The position numbers were made by a program, and so were the translations under genes. From contig OZ281494.1 of the NCBI GenBank assembly GCA_965637545.1, positions 30,752,001 through 30,816,000 of the forward strand: DNA of 64,000 nt, read 5' to 3'. Each line of letters opens with the position of its first letter. Position 1 is the first letter of the stretch. The notes beneath the pieces were generated by a model, which was not told where the DNA came from, did not search any database, and saw only the letters and a list, made by a program, of their open reading frames with translations. The DNA is from Phallusia mammillata (lineage: Eukaryota). Below, piece after piece: positions 48,966 through 62,549 of the stretch.

Positions 48966-51900
48966 TCAAACATGGGCGTTCTTACGGTAAGAACGGTAAA
49001 ACTTAATTGAAACGAAGGCGCTCAACGAAAGTACAACGAATGATAAGGAACCAAGGATGATAAGCAGGTCGCGGGACTTGAAGCTGCTGCCGTGCACGTT
49101 GACGTCATCAGCTGGAGCAACTGGTGCATCTGGAAAAGGTAGGTCAGTAAGTTTTTTTTGAAAGTAATTTTACAGGTAAAGTCTTGTCTACAAACATTTT
49201 ATGTAATACAGAGGTAACGCAGAAAATTGATGAGCCACTGTTTATTGAAACCCTTCAGCGAATTTAAAGAGTTTATTCTAAACGTTCTAAAGTTTGTTTC
49301 TTTTTTGCCTCTTTAAGACTGCTGTTAAAGGAAAAAGATGTCTGTTTCTTCAACAAAACAATCTCGTAAAACTAATATTACTTAGGGAGTTTTTTAACCC
49401 TCCGCCAAAAACATGTTAATATCCTTAGCAAACCTGGATACCTTCATACTCAGCTCATTGCTAGACAGCGTTTAGTAGCATATGGTTGTACAACTGAAGG
49501 ACAACAATCAAAACAGGTTGTACCGTTAAATGAATTCAGTTATTAATCATAAAATTGCGTTTGCACACCTGGGAAGCTCTCCATCTCGAATGGAAGCTCA
49601 GGAATTTGGTTGAGGATAATTTGATCCGATGGAACATCATGAAGGAAGATCGGACCCACCACGTCCTCCTGATCTATATCGACTACAGCTCGACGTCTTC
49701 TGTTAGGATTTGGACATTTGCTCTGAAGTCCGGTGGTAGAACAGTACTGGAACAAAGAGTAAAAATATGTCCCTTGCATATGGCTAGAACCACATAGGTT
49801 TGTCAGCGAGATGAACAAATATGAATTACTGGGATCATCATCCATGTCATGAAGCCTGTGACTCTGTTGGTTGGGACACCAACCAGGAACAGACTCCTTT
49901 CGTGGATAAGAATGGAGGTCCACATTAAAGTTTTTTTAGCCTATGCGTTGCCATATCGAAATTCTCAAGAGGCGGGCTTAATTGGGAAATGCGCCTTTAA
50001 TAGGCCGTACTATGATCTAACCGGTTCGTAAACTAAGACAGGAACACAAAACTATTGCCAAAACCATCGATTCAACGCGTATTCTATTATCATAAATAAA
50101 ACATCATTTTGACTTTTTACGTGATGATACAGCAATCTGTTTCATTAAAAGACTTCACAAAGTGTTTTTCGCGGAGCTCTCCAATTGATCCGGACACGCT
50201 TTACTGACATTGGAAATTACCTCTAATTCAGATTCGTCGCATATGATCAGGTGGGCATGAAAGAAGACGATTTCGCACTGGTGGACTCGAGGAATTTGAA
50301 AGTAGAGACAAGTGGACGTGGAATGTTGTTTGACGATTGTTGGAAGAACGTTTGGTGGACATCCGTTGCTCACAACGTTGACCACCGGAACGGACAAGAG
50401 ACCGTCCGCACACGACATAAATAGACGATGAACGGCAGCACGCTTGCCTGGAGTCTTTGTAAAAGAACAAAAAGTTATTTTTTGTATTTTATGATCCCAC
50501 TCTACTAAAACTGGAATAAGTAATGTACGGCTATTAAATTGATGCTTGTGTACAGTAAGAAATTTAACTATTATCACGTTTAAATATCAAAATATTTGCC
50601 AGGAATATGTGTTCACTCAGTTTTGAACAAGTTTACTTTTCTTAAGCGTTTATCATTCGATATTACAATGTACAGATGTATACTCCTATAGCTGGTCTAG
50701 ACTATGCTTTTACATGGTCTAGAGAATATTTCAAACTTACCAGAAGTGCCGGATCTGGTGAAATAATGATGCCGATGAACTGTCCAACAGTGTATGTATC
50801 TCCTGGGTTGACTGTAAGAGAGGGTGGACAAGTCTCCATACAGGTCTTCACTTCTTTGCACAACTTGAAGTTGCCAGAAAAACGTTTCATATACGTTCCG
50901 TTCAGTGATTTGTCTATCTTGTCCACTCTGCGGAGAAGGAAAACGCATTAAGATCAGTCAAGGGCTGGAAATGGAAGGTGTTGTTACTGTAACCAATAGT
51001 TTTCGGACGAGAAGGGGTGGATTTATTGTAATGATGAGTAAGTTTAGATAAATATTCTAAACTCATGTTAGATGTTTTCAAAAGCGAGTGGTCACATTGT
51101 GACGGTCATCAGAGACTATAAGTTATTTATTGTCTGGCAGAAAACATATCTACCATGCACCCCTGCTGCTAAAAAAAGTAATTTGTAAAACAAATTTAGT
51201 GGTTAATAGCAGTAAATCCTTTTGTTGTTGAAAGTAAATTAACGCTTAAAGTATCCAAAACCATTTAAGAGGTACCGAAGAATCCGGTTAATCGCATAAC
51301 CACTACTGAGCTTTTTTATGCAATTAACCGAATAGTTTCTTAACAATTTTCACTTACACTGGTCGAATAGATGTGCTGACGGTGAAATCTGTTGCATAAA
51401 CACATTCGAACTGCAGGACTGGAATGGGCATGTCAAAGAGCCCTCCAATCATTCCGGCGTTAATATTGAACCAGATCTTATTACGTACGATGACGTCACC
51501 GGATGGATTACGTGTCTTTATGCTTTCGCAGGTTTCGAATGGTTCAAGGATTTTGAGGTTGTGGAGCATGGTTCCACCACTACCAATCACTAAAAAGCAA
51601 AAGGATGAGCAGTTTTTACACGGTCGCATTGGTCGGCCATGTTAATGTAGATGCCCTGAGCACTCACTAATCCACGAATGATTAGTGAGTGGAGTGAAGC
51701 GAGCCTGAAGTTCAAATTTGTTGTTGTATTGTTGCAACACATTTTAATACAAGACTAAGTTGTATTACTGGTACATCAGATTTGATAAATTTGTCTTCTG
51801 CCTCATTTTTTGTTGCACTAACACTAAGCACGTGCTCCTATTACATTGTGGTTAATCTAGCCCTTGTTCTAAATTTGCTTCAGTTGGTTACATTTAAAGA

Positions 51901-54900
51901 TATAGTAAGGGACAGACTTTAGTAAAATTAGAATGTTTTGCGACGTGTGTTTAACATATTTTTCATAAAAAACACGTAAGAGAAAAACAAACGTAACCTG
52001 TGGCTTTACAAACTTCAGGAGGCTGAAAATTTTCGTTGGGTCCAAAGTAAAAGAAAGCGTCGTCGACCTTGGCGCCTCCAAACTCCTGGAAGAGAACATC
52101 GGATATACTAATGGAAATTTGGGACTGCTCACACAAAAGATTTGGCTTTGCTGTGGAAAAGAAACATAATGGTAAGTTCAAGTTCAAATATGGCAAGCTG
52201 TATTTAATGATCAAGCATATATCACTTACGAATGTTACATGTCTTGCCCAGCAGTCCATCGACGCTTTCGCAAACATAACCCTGATCGTGTTTGCAGGAC
52301 GGATAACACTGGCAAGGGGACAGACACGGGTTGGGGTTGCAAGGGTCTGGTGTAGGCGGGGTAGGGATTTCTGCAAATCAACCAAAGTGTGTGTTAATTT
52401 ATTAATACGCGAGAGCTTGATGGCAACATAACCTAGTGTTTATTTGTACTGCTGCAGATTAGGGTTTAGATATGGCCAAACAATGCAAGAATGCGAAACG
52501 CTGCTGTTGAGATCGTTATATCTGTGCTGCCATGTCTAAACGCTAATTAAAATAGTAAGCAAGTTTTAACCCGGCGATTCCCACCTTAATTCGACGAATC
52601 CCTCTCTTAACAATCCAATACAAATTCTCACTCCTCCCACATAGTAGATGCAAAACTATACAGAGGTAGTCAAGTTCACTGGGTATATTCCCAGACCTAC
52701 AGTGTCTATTTACAGACCACATTTACAAATTAAAGTAATGCCTCCCCTCAAGTTTTAGTTTTACTAGGAACCACTGTTTAACAGTTCCACTCACCGCATG
52801 AATCTCCTGTGAACCCAACAGGACACTGGCACTCTGGTAGCAGTCTGCGAAAAAAATAATGCATGGGAATATGTTAGAACGAGATATAACAGCAACACAA
52901 CGAGATAGGATGGAGACTCACATGTTAGCAACATGTCGTTCCACGCAAGTGGCGCCGTTCTGACAATACCCGTGGTCGCAAGGGGTGAATTCACATCCGC
53001 GCCCATATCTACCGAACACACACTCGCAAACATTTCCCCTACAAAAGCACAAAGAATCGCCAGATCAACCCCGGGTATTGTCGAACAGCAAACCAATACA
53101 GTTGAAATGGTAATGTCAAGTCATTTTCGGCCTGTTGCTATAGTTGTGGGTTTTCTTTTTAAGTTCTTATCGGGAAAAACACTCTTTATGAGTGATGAAA
53201 ACTTTTCACGTCAATTTCAGCTAAAATACTTAAAGTACTAAGAATTTGTTTGGCGGTTCCGGTCACAATTTTCTTAATTCCGCGCCTATCAGTGCTGTAC
53301 TTTGAAAGAGCAGGTCAAGTTATGTCCTATAATGAACTGAGAGTGATTATATTGAACAATATCAGACTCTCCAACGGACAATGGAAAGCATTTTCAAGAG
53401 AATCAATCAATGATACTTGGAAAATATTTTCCATTCTTACATATTTATTGTCATAAACAGTGATCGTCAATGACCATACTCTTTGTTGGGGCGTCTGATA
53501 TTGTTAAGTGAAAATATTTGCCATTCTCAGTTACGTCCTGTAAGGATCACTATTCACTATACTTTCGCGTTTATTGTCATTTTGTTCCCCTATTTGCCAC
53601 TTAGACACTAACAGTCATCGCCAGAAACATGTGCCTTACGTGGATGTGATGAGGCATGTTCCTCCGTTCGTGCAGGGTGGAGTGCACAGAGTGTTTTCGC
53701 ATCTTGATCCGGTAAAGTTTGGGCCACAAATACAGCTTGGAACTCTACAAAGTACAGAGTAACATATAAACAACGTTTAAAATGTTGTCCTACTCAACAG
53801 CTTGTGCGCAGGATTAAAACTGTAATATTACATATAAGAGGTTGCAATATAGGTAGTTTATAGAACAGGTATTGAATTGGTGCAGTGATAAACTCAACTG
53901 GACATAGGTACGTTTCAAAGAAGTATTGCAGTCTAAACTGGACTTGTGCACACAAACAGCTATATAGGTTTGCCAATTAGAAATAACAAAATAATTTCAA
54001 TGCGAATATAAGCTGTCACTGACAGGCATAATACCAACATTTTGGAGCTCTTCGGGCAATTGTTACAAATGCAAATACAATTGCCAGAAGAGCTCTATGA
54101 AGTTAATAATTTCAATACCTTGGTGACCCAAAACTTATGCACGTTCCACCATTTTGGCAATAGAAGGGTGTACAGGGGTCGACATCGGGTGTTTCGGTTT
54201 GACATCTGTCCCCTGTGTAGTCTGGTGGGCAAGAGCACGATGGGCGGCCGCCGATAATTCCACAAGTTCCGCCATTATAGCAGTAGCCTTGGCAGGTGGA
54301 CAGCTGACAGGTGACCCCTTTCCATTGAGGTGGACATCGGCAGCGGGTCGGGAGATGACCGTTGGTAAGCTCACATACACCACCGTTAAAACATCTGTAG
54401 GGTAACCAGGGGTTTAAGTTGCAAATAAAAATAGTCGTGCCTTAATTTGAACCAAAGTTTTACTGTAATTTGTGCAGCAACTAATAAGAGACAGCTAGGA
54501 AGCCAAATCTTTTGCGTGGTTATTTTTACCGCCAAAGCAAGTGCTTGTTTTCATGGATAGCGTGCGTTTTATTCATTGCACTGGTTTCAAATTATGGAAT
54601 GTTCTATAGCTTACCAATGGTTTGACTAAATTGGTTTTAAATTCTATGCTACTGCTGACAGCTCCAAAACTGGTCAATACTTAACAAATTTTCAGACCTT
54701 CTGAGAAACGTGGTTTTAAAAACACATATATGGTTTCTTATATATATGTTGATCATCCAACTTGGCACAATTACAATACACACTGTTTACAATCTAATAA
54801 CAATCACCTGAAGTGGCGCGTGTCACAGCGAGACTCGCCGCAGTCGCGGCCGAAGTACATTGGCATGCACCTGCACACTGCAACGTTGCTTAGCATCTCG

Positions 54901-57900
54901 CAATAACCGCCGTTTCTGGAAAACAAACAGTCTGTTTAGTGGAGGTTGAAACCAGCCAATTTCGCTGCTCTCTTGGCATAGGAATCGTAGCTTCGCAAAT
55001 ACTTCAACCAACAAACAAAGGAATTTGGTGGAACCGCTGCTACACTGTATATGAGTACCTGCAAACCTTTCCAGTACAGTCACTACGCTTGTCGCAGTGT
55101 TCTCCCTCGAAATGCAAGGAACAGACACAGTATGGTTTCCGACTGCTATTAACCACACAAGTGCCTCCGTTTCTATGACAAAAAAAATTATCTTAAGCCA
55201 AATTAATCTAAAATAATATTTTCACAGTCTTTACCTGCAGGGGTGGTTTCTGCATGGAGAAATCTCACACACAGTCCCTTGATAACCCAATGGACATCTG
55301 CAAAACGCAAACCCGACGCTGTTTACAACACACTGGCCGTTGTTGATGCACTTCACTAGGCTACACGGACTCGTAACCGGGTCGCAGTTTGGACCGGTGC
55401 CAGATCTACACTTGCAGACGGCGCGCTGGTTTTCGAATAGACAGAAATGTTTCGCTGAACACCGTGGACATCTGGCCTGACAGGAGTCACCGACGTAACC
55501 CGGAGTACATTGACACTTCGGCATACCTGTATAAATCAACATTTTGGATTAATTACTTACGAATATTCATAGAGTTGTCAAATTTTATCATAGTTTAACA
55601 TGTAGTGTAGGGTTATTGTTGCAATTAGGCGCTTAATGTTAATGGATCGTTGTTTGAAAATTCTACTTGCGTAAGAACTCACAACAGAATATGTGCTAAA
55701 TAACGATAGATGGCGCAATAAGCAATAAAGAATATTTTAAAGTTAAATTATGTGAAAATACTGACGATTGGGGCTTATAAGATTTGCAAAAAAACAACAA
55801 CTTAGAAACCCTACATTTCGTCCCTAACTCTATCCCAGTTTTACTGTTAATTTAAATAAACTGAATGTGCTTTTTACGCCATTTACCAGTATTTAGCAAA
55901 CTTTGTTTGTTGTAAATTCTTCCGCTTTGGACAGGGTTTAGGAACCCCTAATTTGTGGACGGATTGATTCATTTGCTTTAACAGATAAAGTTACCTTGTT
56001 CTATAAAGCATTGTGCCTGGTTCAAACAAACTGTACCCAAGCAAGTATCAGCATCGTCAGGCTGACATGTATGACTGAAACCATTTCGACGACAAATCTG
56101 TCCAGGTGGACACGGACTTGCACGACAGGGATCTGTAAAAAATGTTTGACAGTTATTTTTGTATTTCTTAAATACTCTCTACAGATTTACCAGTATCACT
56201 GCAGTATCCATCAACGTATCCAAGATTACACACACAAACTGTTTGTCCTCCCACGGATGTGCAGCTTTGATATCTTGGACATTGATTCGTGGTGCATTCG
56301 TCGCACCGATACCTTGATTAAACGAAAATGAAATTACCATATCTATACACACTAAAAACAAACTACAAAACACTACCAGGTCAATAACATGATAAGTGCT
56401 ACTTTTACAAATAAAAGTATATATAGACGAACCTGGTTTATCGCATAAGTTTTGTTTTGTGCAATTAACCAAAATAATAGATTTTTCCTAAATTCCTAAC
56501 AAATGATGAGTTTAGGACTTACAATCCCTATGCATTTTAGCGATATATGCAAATAACCGGTGTACAAACTAAAAGACTATTGTACTGCTTAAAAGCCGTT
56601 TAGAAAAAAAATCAGCTACTAACTGCTGCTTAAGGGCGTCTTGCGTTCTTTCCACAATGTCCAGTATATCATAATCTTGAGTAATTTTGTAAGAACCCCG
56701 AAACATGTTTCGATTGAGCATTAACTGAGCCAGAAGGTGGTCGCTTGATGCTCCGTCTATTGCGACGAGGTATATAGACACTCCAGATCCTAGTGCCCTC
56801 CCAGCCGCCAATATCTCTGCCAGTTCCGCACTTCCAACCATCGGCGTGAAAGTAATGACGAACACGAGCTGTAAATGGTGGTAGAACATTAATTAAAGAC
56901 AAATATACGTATTTCTCTAAAGTCGTGGTTCCCAACCGAAGAAGAATTTTAAAACTTAGGGTGGATTTTACTTTAATACTTACAATGATTCTTGTATGGT
57001 TCTACTATGTAGTATATTAGGGAGGAATGAAATTTGTTTGAATTGTTAAGGGACGATTTCGTCGATAAAGGTTGGAAAGCAATGCTCTAAAAGTCTAAAC
57101 ATAGCGCATAATTGTAAGGTTTGTTTTGCATTCTCATTTAGTAGTAGTTTCTCAGAATGAAAATTTGTTTTTAAAACAGATATTTAAGGAATTCAGGGGA
57201 AACTCAGTTTATCTAACCAGGTAGGGCTACTGACGTGGTGCTTCCTAGGAGATCCAAAAGTGCCTAATTTTTAAAACGGTATATCTCAAAAAATGCTAAC
57301 GGTTAGGGCTATTAGGGTCGGGGTAAGGTATTAGCATTTAAAATTCAATAAAACTAACCCAAAAAATTAGTTACTGATGTAAAATTTTTAAACATTTGCA
57401 TCCTAAACCAACCCTCTTTAGCCGCTAAATAAATAATTCAGCTCTTTGCGCCACCTATCGAAAATTAAGCACTTTTGGATCTCCTAGGAGTCACCGCGTC
57501 AGTAGCTTTATACCATCTAACCAACTCTTAAAATGCCGTATAACGTAGCGTTTCGATTTAACCAAACTGTATCAAACGATAAAAAGTCAGACCTTTTGTG
57601 CTGCTCTGGGGCTGGTAGCAAATATGGAACCAGCCTTCCGCAAAGCTCTAGAAAGACTGAAGGTGTAGAAGCCTTTTATGAGCTCCTGAAGTTTCAGCTG
57701 AATTGCTCGATGGTTGTTGCCTTCTCGCAAGCCCAAAATCACCAAACCGTCCAACGAATTTGAACCATATGTCACGAGCGCTACCTGATATATATATATA
57801 TATATGTGTGTGTGTGCTTAATCAGAACACGTAGGATTTCTAAAATGTTAGATAAGTTAGAAGGAATAAAACGTAGCCAAATTACTCGAGGCAAAATGTT

Positions 57901-59041
57901 TGTAGGCTTCTTTACCATGCCGGAATTGTAATCATTACGAGTTAATCTTAATTTCTTTGAAAGTGTAAAGTTTATGCTCCTACCCTTGTATTACGATCTT
58001 CAATGTCAAAAAGTCGAAGAACTGACATTATATATTCTGTAAAAAATTGGACACTGTGTGGGCCTGATTGCACGCCCAAGTCGATCAAAAACACAACATC
58101 CATCTGTTTTTCCTTCAGTATGCATTCTAAAAATAACGTGTTGGGTTTAGTTAAACAAGGCCCTTGTTTAATTGTTGTGATTTACTCGTCCTAGAAACAA
58201 AAGTGTAAAAATAAGAATATTGACACCTCCGTCTTCCAATTGAACAGTACTCCTCCCTTCAGCCCCCGAGCCTTCGTCCTCGGTATAATTGAAACCATCG
58301 GCATCGTCCGCAGTAGCAAGTGCTCTACCAGTCAATTGGGATTCTACATCGAGATTTGCTGGGGCTTCTTTGGTAAGAAAAACACAACTTCATGTCAGTG
58401 ATGCGACTAGTTGTAAAGGTTTTCGAAACATAACCCTTTTCATATCACCACCAAAGTGCAACCTTTAGACTTAACTGTGATATTATTTAGCAATTGTAAA
58501 GAACGTAAAACAACATAGATTCTTTATGATGAAAATAACAACACAAATAGACGTAAAAAGCGACATGCGTGTGAAACACATGTTTTATCAATCTTTTACG
58601 TGACTCAAATGGATATAAACGGGTGTAACTGATGTGACCATTCATATCACTGATGATGACATAAGCATTTGCTTAAACGTTTGAACAATAAAGCATGTCA
58701 ATTTTTACGTCTTTTGGGGCCGTTATTTTCATCATTGAACTTATGAACAGATCCGTATTTATTGTTCTAAAAGTCTAGTGTTTTTAAGGAAAACATGTTG
58801 AAAAGTTAAAATGCGTTTTATCCAGTATTTTTCTCCTTGAATAGTTTTCACACCAATCTTATAAATTTAGTAATCCATTACCTTGTGCGCTAGCACAATC
58901 ACAGTCTTGCTTCGACGTACCTGCAAATACTCCAGAAACCAGAAACACAAACAGGAACACCAAATAACTGCAAAATGAACATAATATTAATTAACTTAAA
59001 TCAGGACAGAATAGCAAGACAAAAAACGACGCCTACCTCAT
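48966..59041 (-). CDS. Signal peptide - vWA (degenerate MIDAS) - 12 to 13 EGF-like repeats - ZP - furin site - TM protein, 22 exons, about 1140 aa; vitelline-coat (VC70/VC120/VC57-like) architecture
   Basis: Exons 59041-59037, 58967-58882, 58367-58227, 58126-57984, 57784-57593, 56868-56624, 56312-56191, 56132-55995, 55526-55235, 55172-55059, 54915-54808, 54394-54119, 53744-53640, 53038-52922, 52844-52795, 52370-52230, 52150-51998, 51589-51358, 50927-50741, 50454-50221, 49746-49569, 49129-48966. All phases are consistent. Key motifs: MDVVFLID, VALVTYG, C.NGG.C repeats, RRRRA followed by VVGPIFL, and a C-terminal TM segment. Confidence 0.88.
51661..51691. other. Perfect 12-bp hairpin in an intron
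   Basis: CACTCACTAATC-CACGAAT-GATTAGTGAGTG. Confidence 0.8.
56923..57084. mobile_element. Shorter copy of the 6123-6363 hAT MITE family
   Basis: GTGGTTCCCAACC ... AGGTTGGAAAGCAATG, with flanks CTCTAAAG and CTCTAAAA (7 of 8). Confidence 0.78.
57224..57508. mobile_element. Palindromic MITE with 46-bp TIRs, TA-flanked
   Basis: 57226-57271 matches the reverse complement of 57461-57506 at 42 of 46 positions. There is TA on each side and internal GGTTAGGG-like motifs. Confidence 0.8.
57788..57816. repeat. (AT)n(GT)n microsatellite abutting a splice acceptor
   Basis: On the minus strand (CA)n(TA)nTCAG|GTAGCG is the acceptor of the second vWA exon. Confidence 0.9.
58550..58742 (+). mobile_element. 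Family A hammerhead-bearing repeat with a 19-bp inverted duplication at its 5' side (Penelope/retrozyme-like remnant)
   Basis: CTGATGA at 58650-58656; GAAA mutated to TAAA at 58674. 58550-58568 is the inverted copy of 58693-58711 (17 of 19). Homologous to 12256-12372 and 8826-8900. Confidence 0.6.
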
Positions 59042-62000
59042 GTTGACTGAGCTGAAATCAAACTTCAATCTGAAACACGTGTTTGTGAGGAGACTGCTTA
59101 TGAATAAAGCGCGGAATGCGATCAATTAGCCTCGGAGCACAATTTTGCCGCCAAGCTCGGCTGCAAGTGCTAGGCAATCGAACGGTAACCGGCACATGAA
59201 TAAAAAGTGTTCTCTATGTCACCATGCTTTTTAATATCATAAAGCTATATGCAAGTTTAGCAAAATTTTCTGAACCCCAACCAAGCCATAATTCTATAAT
59301 CAAGCAAAATCAGAGCTGTATTTAATGTATTGATTGTCTGAACCTTTCTTCAATTTGTTTAAAGCGCAATCAAGTTGCTTCAGCGCATTTAAAGTGATAA
59401 CACACGACACTGAATTAGTGCAATCAAACAACCTGCAATAAAATCCTACAGTTCCTTGCTCGAGCAAATGCACATACATATTAACAGAGCACTTATTTAG
59501 AGAATGAAACCAAACATATTTGGGAGTTATTATGATTTGGGAGTTACACTAATCATACCTTGGAGTTATCATAAATTTGACTGCGGTACAATGGTTGAAT
59601 AGGTTGCGGGAACGATTCCTTCGTGATTTTTACTTTACGATGGTAAACCGAGAATTGGCTTAAGTCCTGTATTTTTAGCCTTTTCTAAATCGCAAATGCT
59701 GTGTTGTTTTTAAATAGCGAATGTCCAGGTGGTTTGGGTACGAATATTGCTGTTTAAATTGACAAGAATTTCAATATCGAACAGTATTTTGTTGACATTT
59801 GAACGGGGGAGATGCTTTTCGGTAGTATGAGCTTTACAAGTGCTTTGGTAGTACAAAATATGGTATGTTTCCTGGGCGATTGGACGCAACATGATAATTG
59901 GTAGACCGGCAATTTTAAACTTGTTTTTAGAGGGGTTTGTAATATGTAGCCATATGGTCTATTTCCCGTAATTCATTTGCAAGTGACTGTTTTAGACTCG
60001 AAGTTGTTAAGTTGAGTTGAATAAAGTAGTTGCTATTAAGTAAGATAAATTTGTTTACAATGTAAACTGTATGGATTAGTTAAATTGTGAGTAAGGTAGT
60101 CTGCTTTAAAGTTTGTGGAACAGGCTATGAGCGTGTATACCAAATGGAAACCCAGCTTTAATTATGTTTTTTGATTAAGTATAATTAACTAATGCGTCAT
60201 CCGTGGTAGAGACCAAACGTGCAGCTCTCATGACTTTCTGTATAGTTTGCCTTTTCATGAACTGCTAGTGCGTGATTTGCGTAACTGGCTCATCGAATGG
60301 GAACTGACGTACTAGCGGAAGATTGTTCGTGACTTGCATTGATTGTTTTTGTATTGAAGAAGGAAACTTTAATTGAGCCTCTGTTGTTCTGTCTATTGTT
60401 TAAAAGTGGAAACATAACGTTCGTATTTTTAGCATCCGGAACCTGTAAAACAATAGCAAGAATAGGTCGACACACAATAAGTTTATCCACTTACATTCCA
60501 GCAATTAAACAAAAAAACGCTTATTCTACATGTGAAAAATTAAAATAAAAAATGTTTACAATAAAAATATTTTTGCCTCATACTTTTTATGTTTGTGTTA
60601 AAATTCACTGTCTAATCTGTTTTTGTAGATCAACAGCGTTTGACTTTGCTTGTAACAAAATGCATTTATTCAAACAACCTAGATCTAAACCATGTGTGGT
60701 ATATTGTTTAAGCACAAATAACCAGCTGAGGCTAGGACAACGGACGCGTATAATAACAGACTGTAAAGTGCAAACTTTGGTAAGTTTAAAGTCGTAAGTC
60801 GTTTCCCTAAGACATATAAGTTTGTATTTCACTGAAGTAATTCTGGTATCTTTACTATTTTTTAGCTTACAAAACTAAATTGAGACCATTTGACGGTCCT
60901 GTTTCACAATGAAAACAAAAAGTAGATTTCATTTTTGGCGTTACGTGATTAGCCTACTTGCAAATTAGGCTGTCAATGAAGTTTAGGCATTACGTACATT
61001 TTGCTGCACTGAAACATGCGTACTTCGTTTGCAAAGCGCGATTAGTTGCCGAAATTTCAGTGCCATGGTATTTCACGCATTTAACAGTCATGCTTTGGCA
61101 TTTTACTCATTCACCCTAAATAAAGATCAAAATCTAGGAAGGGCGGTGACCGGTCGGCAGCAACCCTTTTTAGGTCTTGTAGTCAAAACACATGTTTGCC
61201 AAAAACAAAGAACAGTGAGTAAGGTGGCATATGAATCAGTCAAAGCGCTAAACACAAACAACAGTGCTGGTGTAGGCCTAATCTCAATGCACAAGTTATT
61301 GTATGTACACCGAGTTTATTGTACGCATTTTGTATGCCCTTGACCTAAAAATCAAACTTGCATTGGACATATTGTCGTTCAAGATGAAAACTTTAGTAAA
61401 CTGTTATCTTGGACCGAAGAATCAACTTTTGAATTTCAGACATAACAATAATAAAGTTTTATGCCAGGTACTCCGGCAAATGATTTGTGGAGAAACCTTC
61501 ATGGCGATGATAATTGCCTTTTTTCTCTGCGCGTGTGCAGCCAACGGAAACGCCTGATACTTGTATCGATCAGGTCTGCAGATCACAGCAGTAAGCGTTT
61601 GTATTGTGTGATAGCGTTGCTGGGCAGAACTTTTTCGCACAGATTGTAAACTGAGTTTTTGATAGCCAGTATAAGTTTTAGCTTGTTCATAGCTGTGGTT
61701 TAAAAGTGTTGAATGTTTAGTGATGATAGCAACTTTTGATATTTTAAAGAACAATACCATTGCATGCAATTTATGCAAAATTGCAAATACACCATCTGTA
61801 AAACTTGCGGTTGTCACTTGTCACAAATGTTATGGACGAAAGCAGTAGTACTTATATACTTTAAGTAGACCTATAGATAAAAGCTTAACGTTCAAGTCAG
61901 TTAGCTATGCTGAGAGAGTCAGCATTCAGTAACACTACGAATTTTACTGCTGTTTTTTTTTCGTTTTAGTACCATAAACAATTTTTGCCTTATTCGGGGG

Positions 62001-62407
62001 CATGCTTTGTGACGTCAGTATCCTTTGTCATCGTGTAATGATTAGAACGTTGTTATATTGTCTGCAACTCTGCATGCTGCGTTTTTTTTGTCTGACTCTG
62101 GCTTTAACAGATAAGAGACTTATGTTGGGGCCGTGAATCCTACTGACAGAACTGAAGCTTTCAGTGCACTTTAATTGACAGTTTTTTTTTTCAGAAAACA
62201 TTTTAGTGTTGTTTTGGAAGCTGCTTAGTTGGTATTAAATTTTCAGCTATGGGTCGCTCAACACTTACCGTAAGTTTTGCATGTTCTACGTCGGCCAAAC
62301 AGTCTGGAATCTGTACACACTATTTAGGCATTTAAAACTTTGTTTTTTTGTGATTTGGTTTGGTCTTTGTAAATGTATGTGACTATGTGTGCTTTAATTT
62401 TGCCTAG

Positions 62408-62549
62408 ATATGGAGAATCGAGAAGTTCGAAATGGTCGAGATTCCTCGCACCCAGTATGGTTACTTTTTCAGTGGAGATTCCTACATTGTAATGAACAAG
62501 AAGGAAGACTCCAAGGGAAACGCTACGTACGATCTGCATATGTGGATAG
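62408..62549 (+). CDS. Exon of a gelsolin/villin/advillin-family gene (segment 1); gene incomplete in this window
   Basis: IWRIEKFEMVEIP...YGYFFSGDSYIV...YDLHMWIG, with AG/GT boundaries. A candidate preceding exon 62248-62269 encodes MGRSTLT. Confidence 0.88.

Noticed and set aside
59710-59892. Minus-strand ORF region as a Penelope RT remnant (nearby FSVYHRK)
   Set aside because: The similarity is limited to a few residues, with no YxDD motif or other RT blocks.
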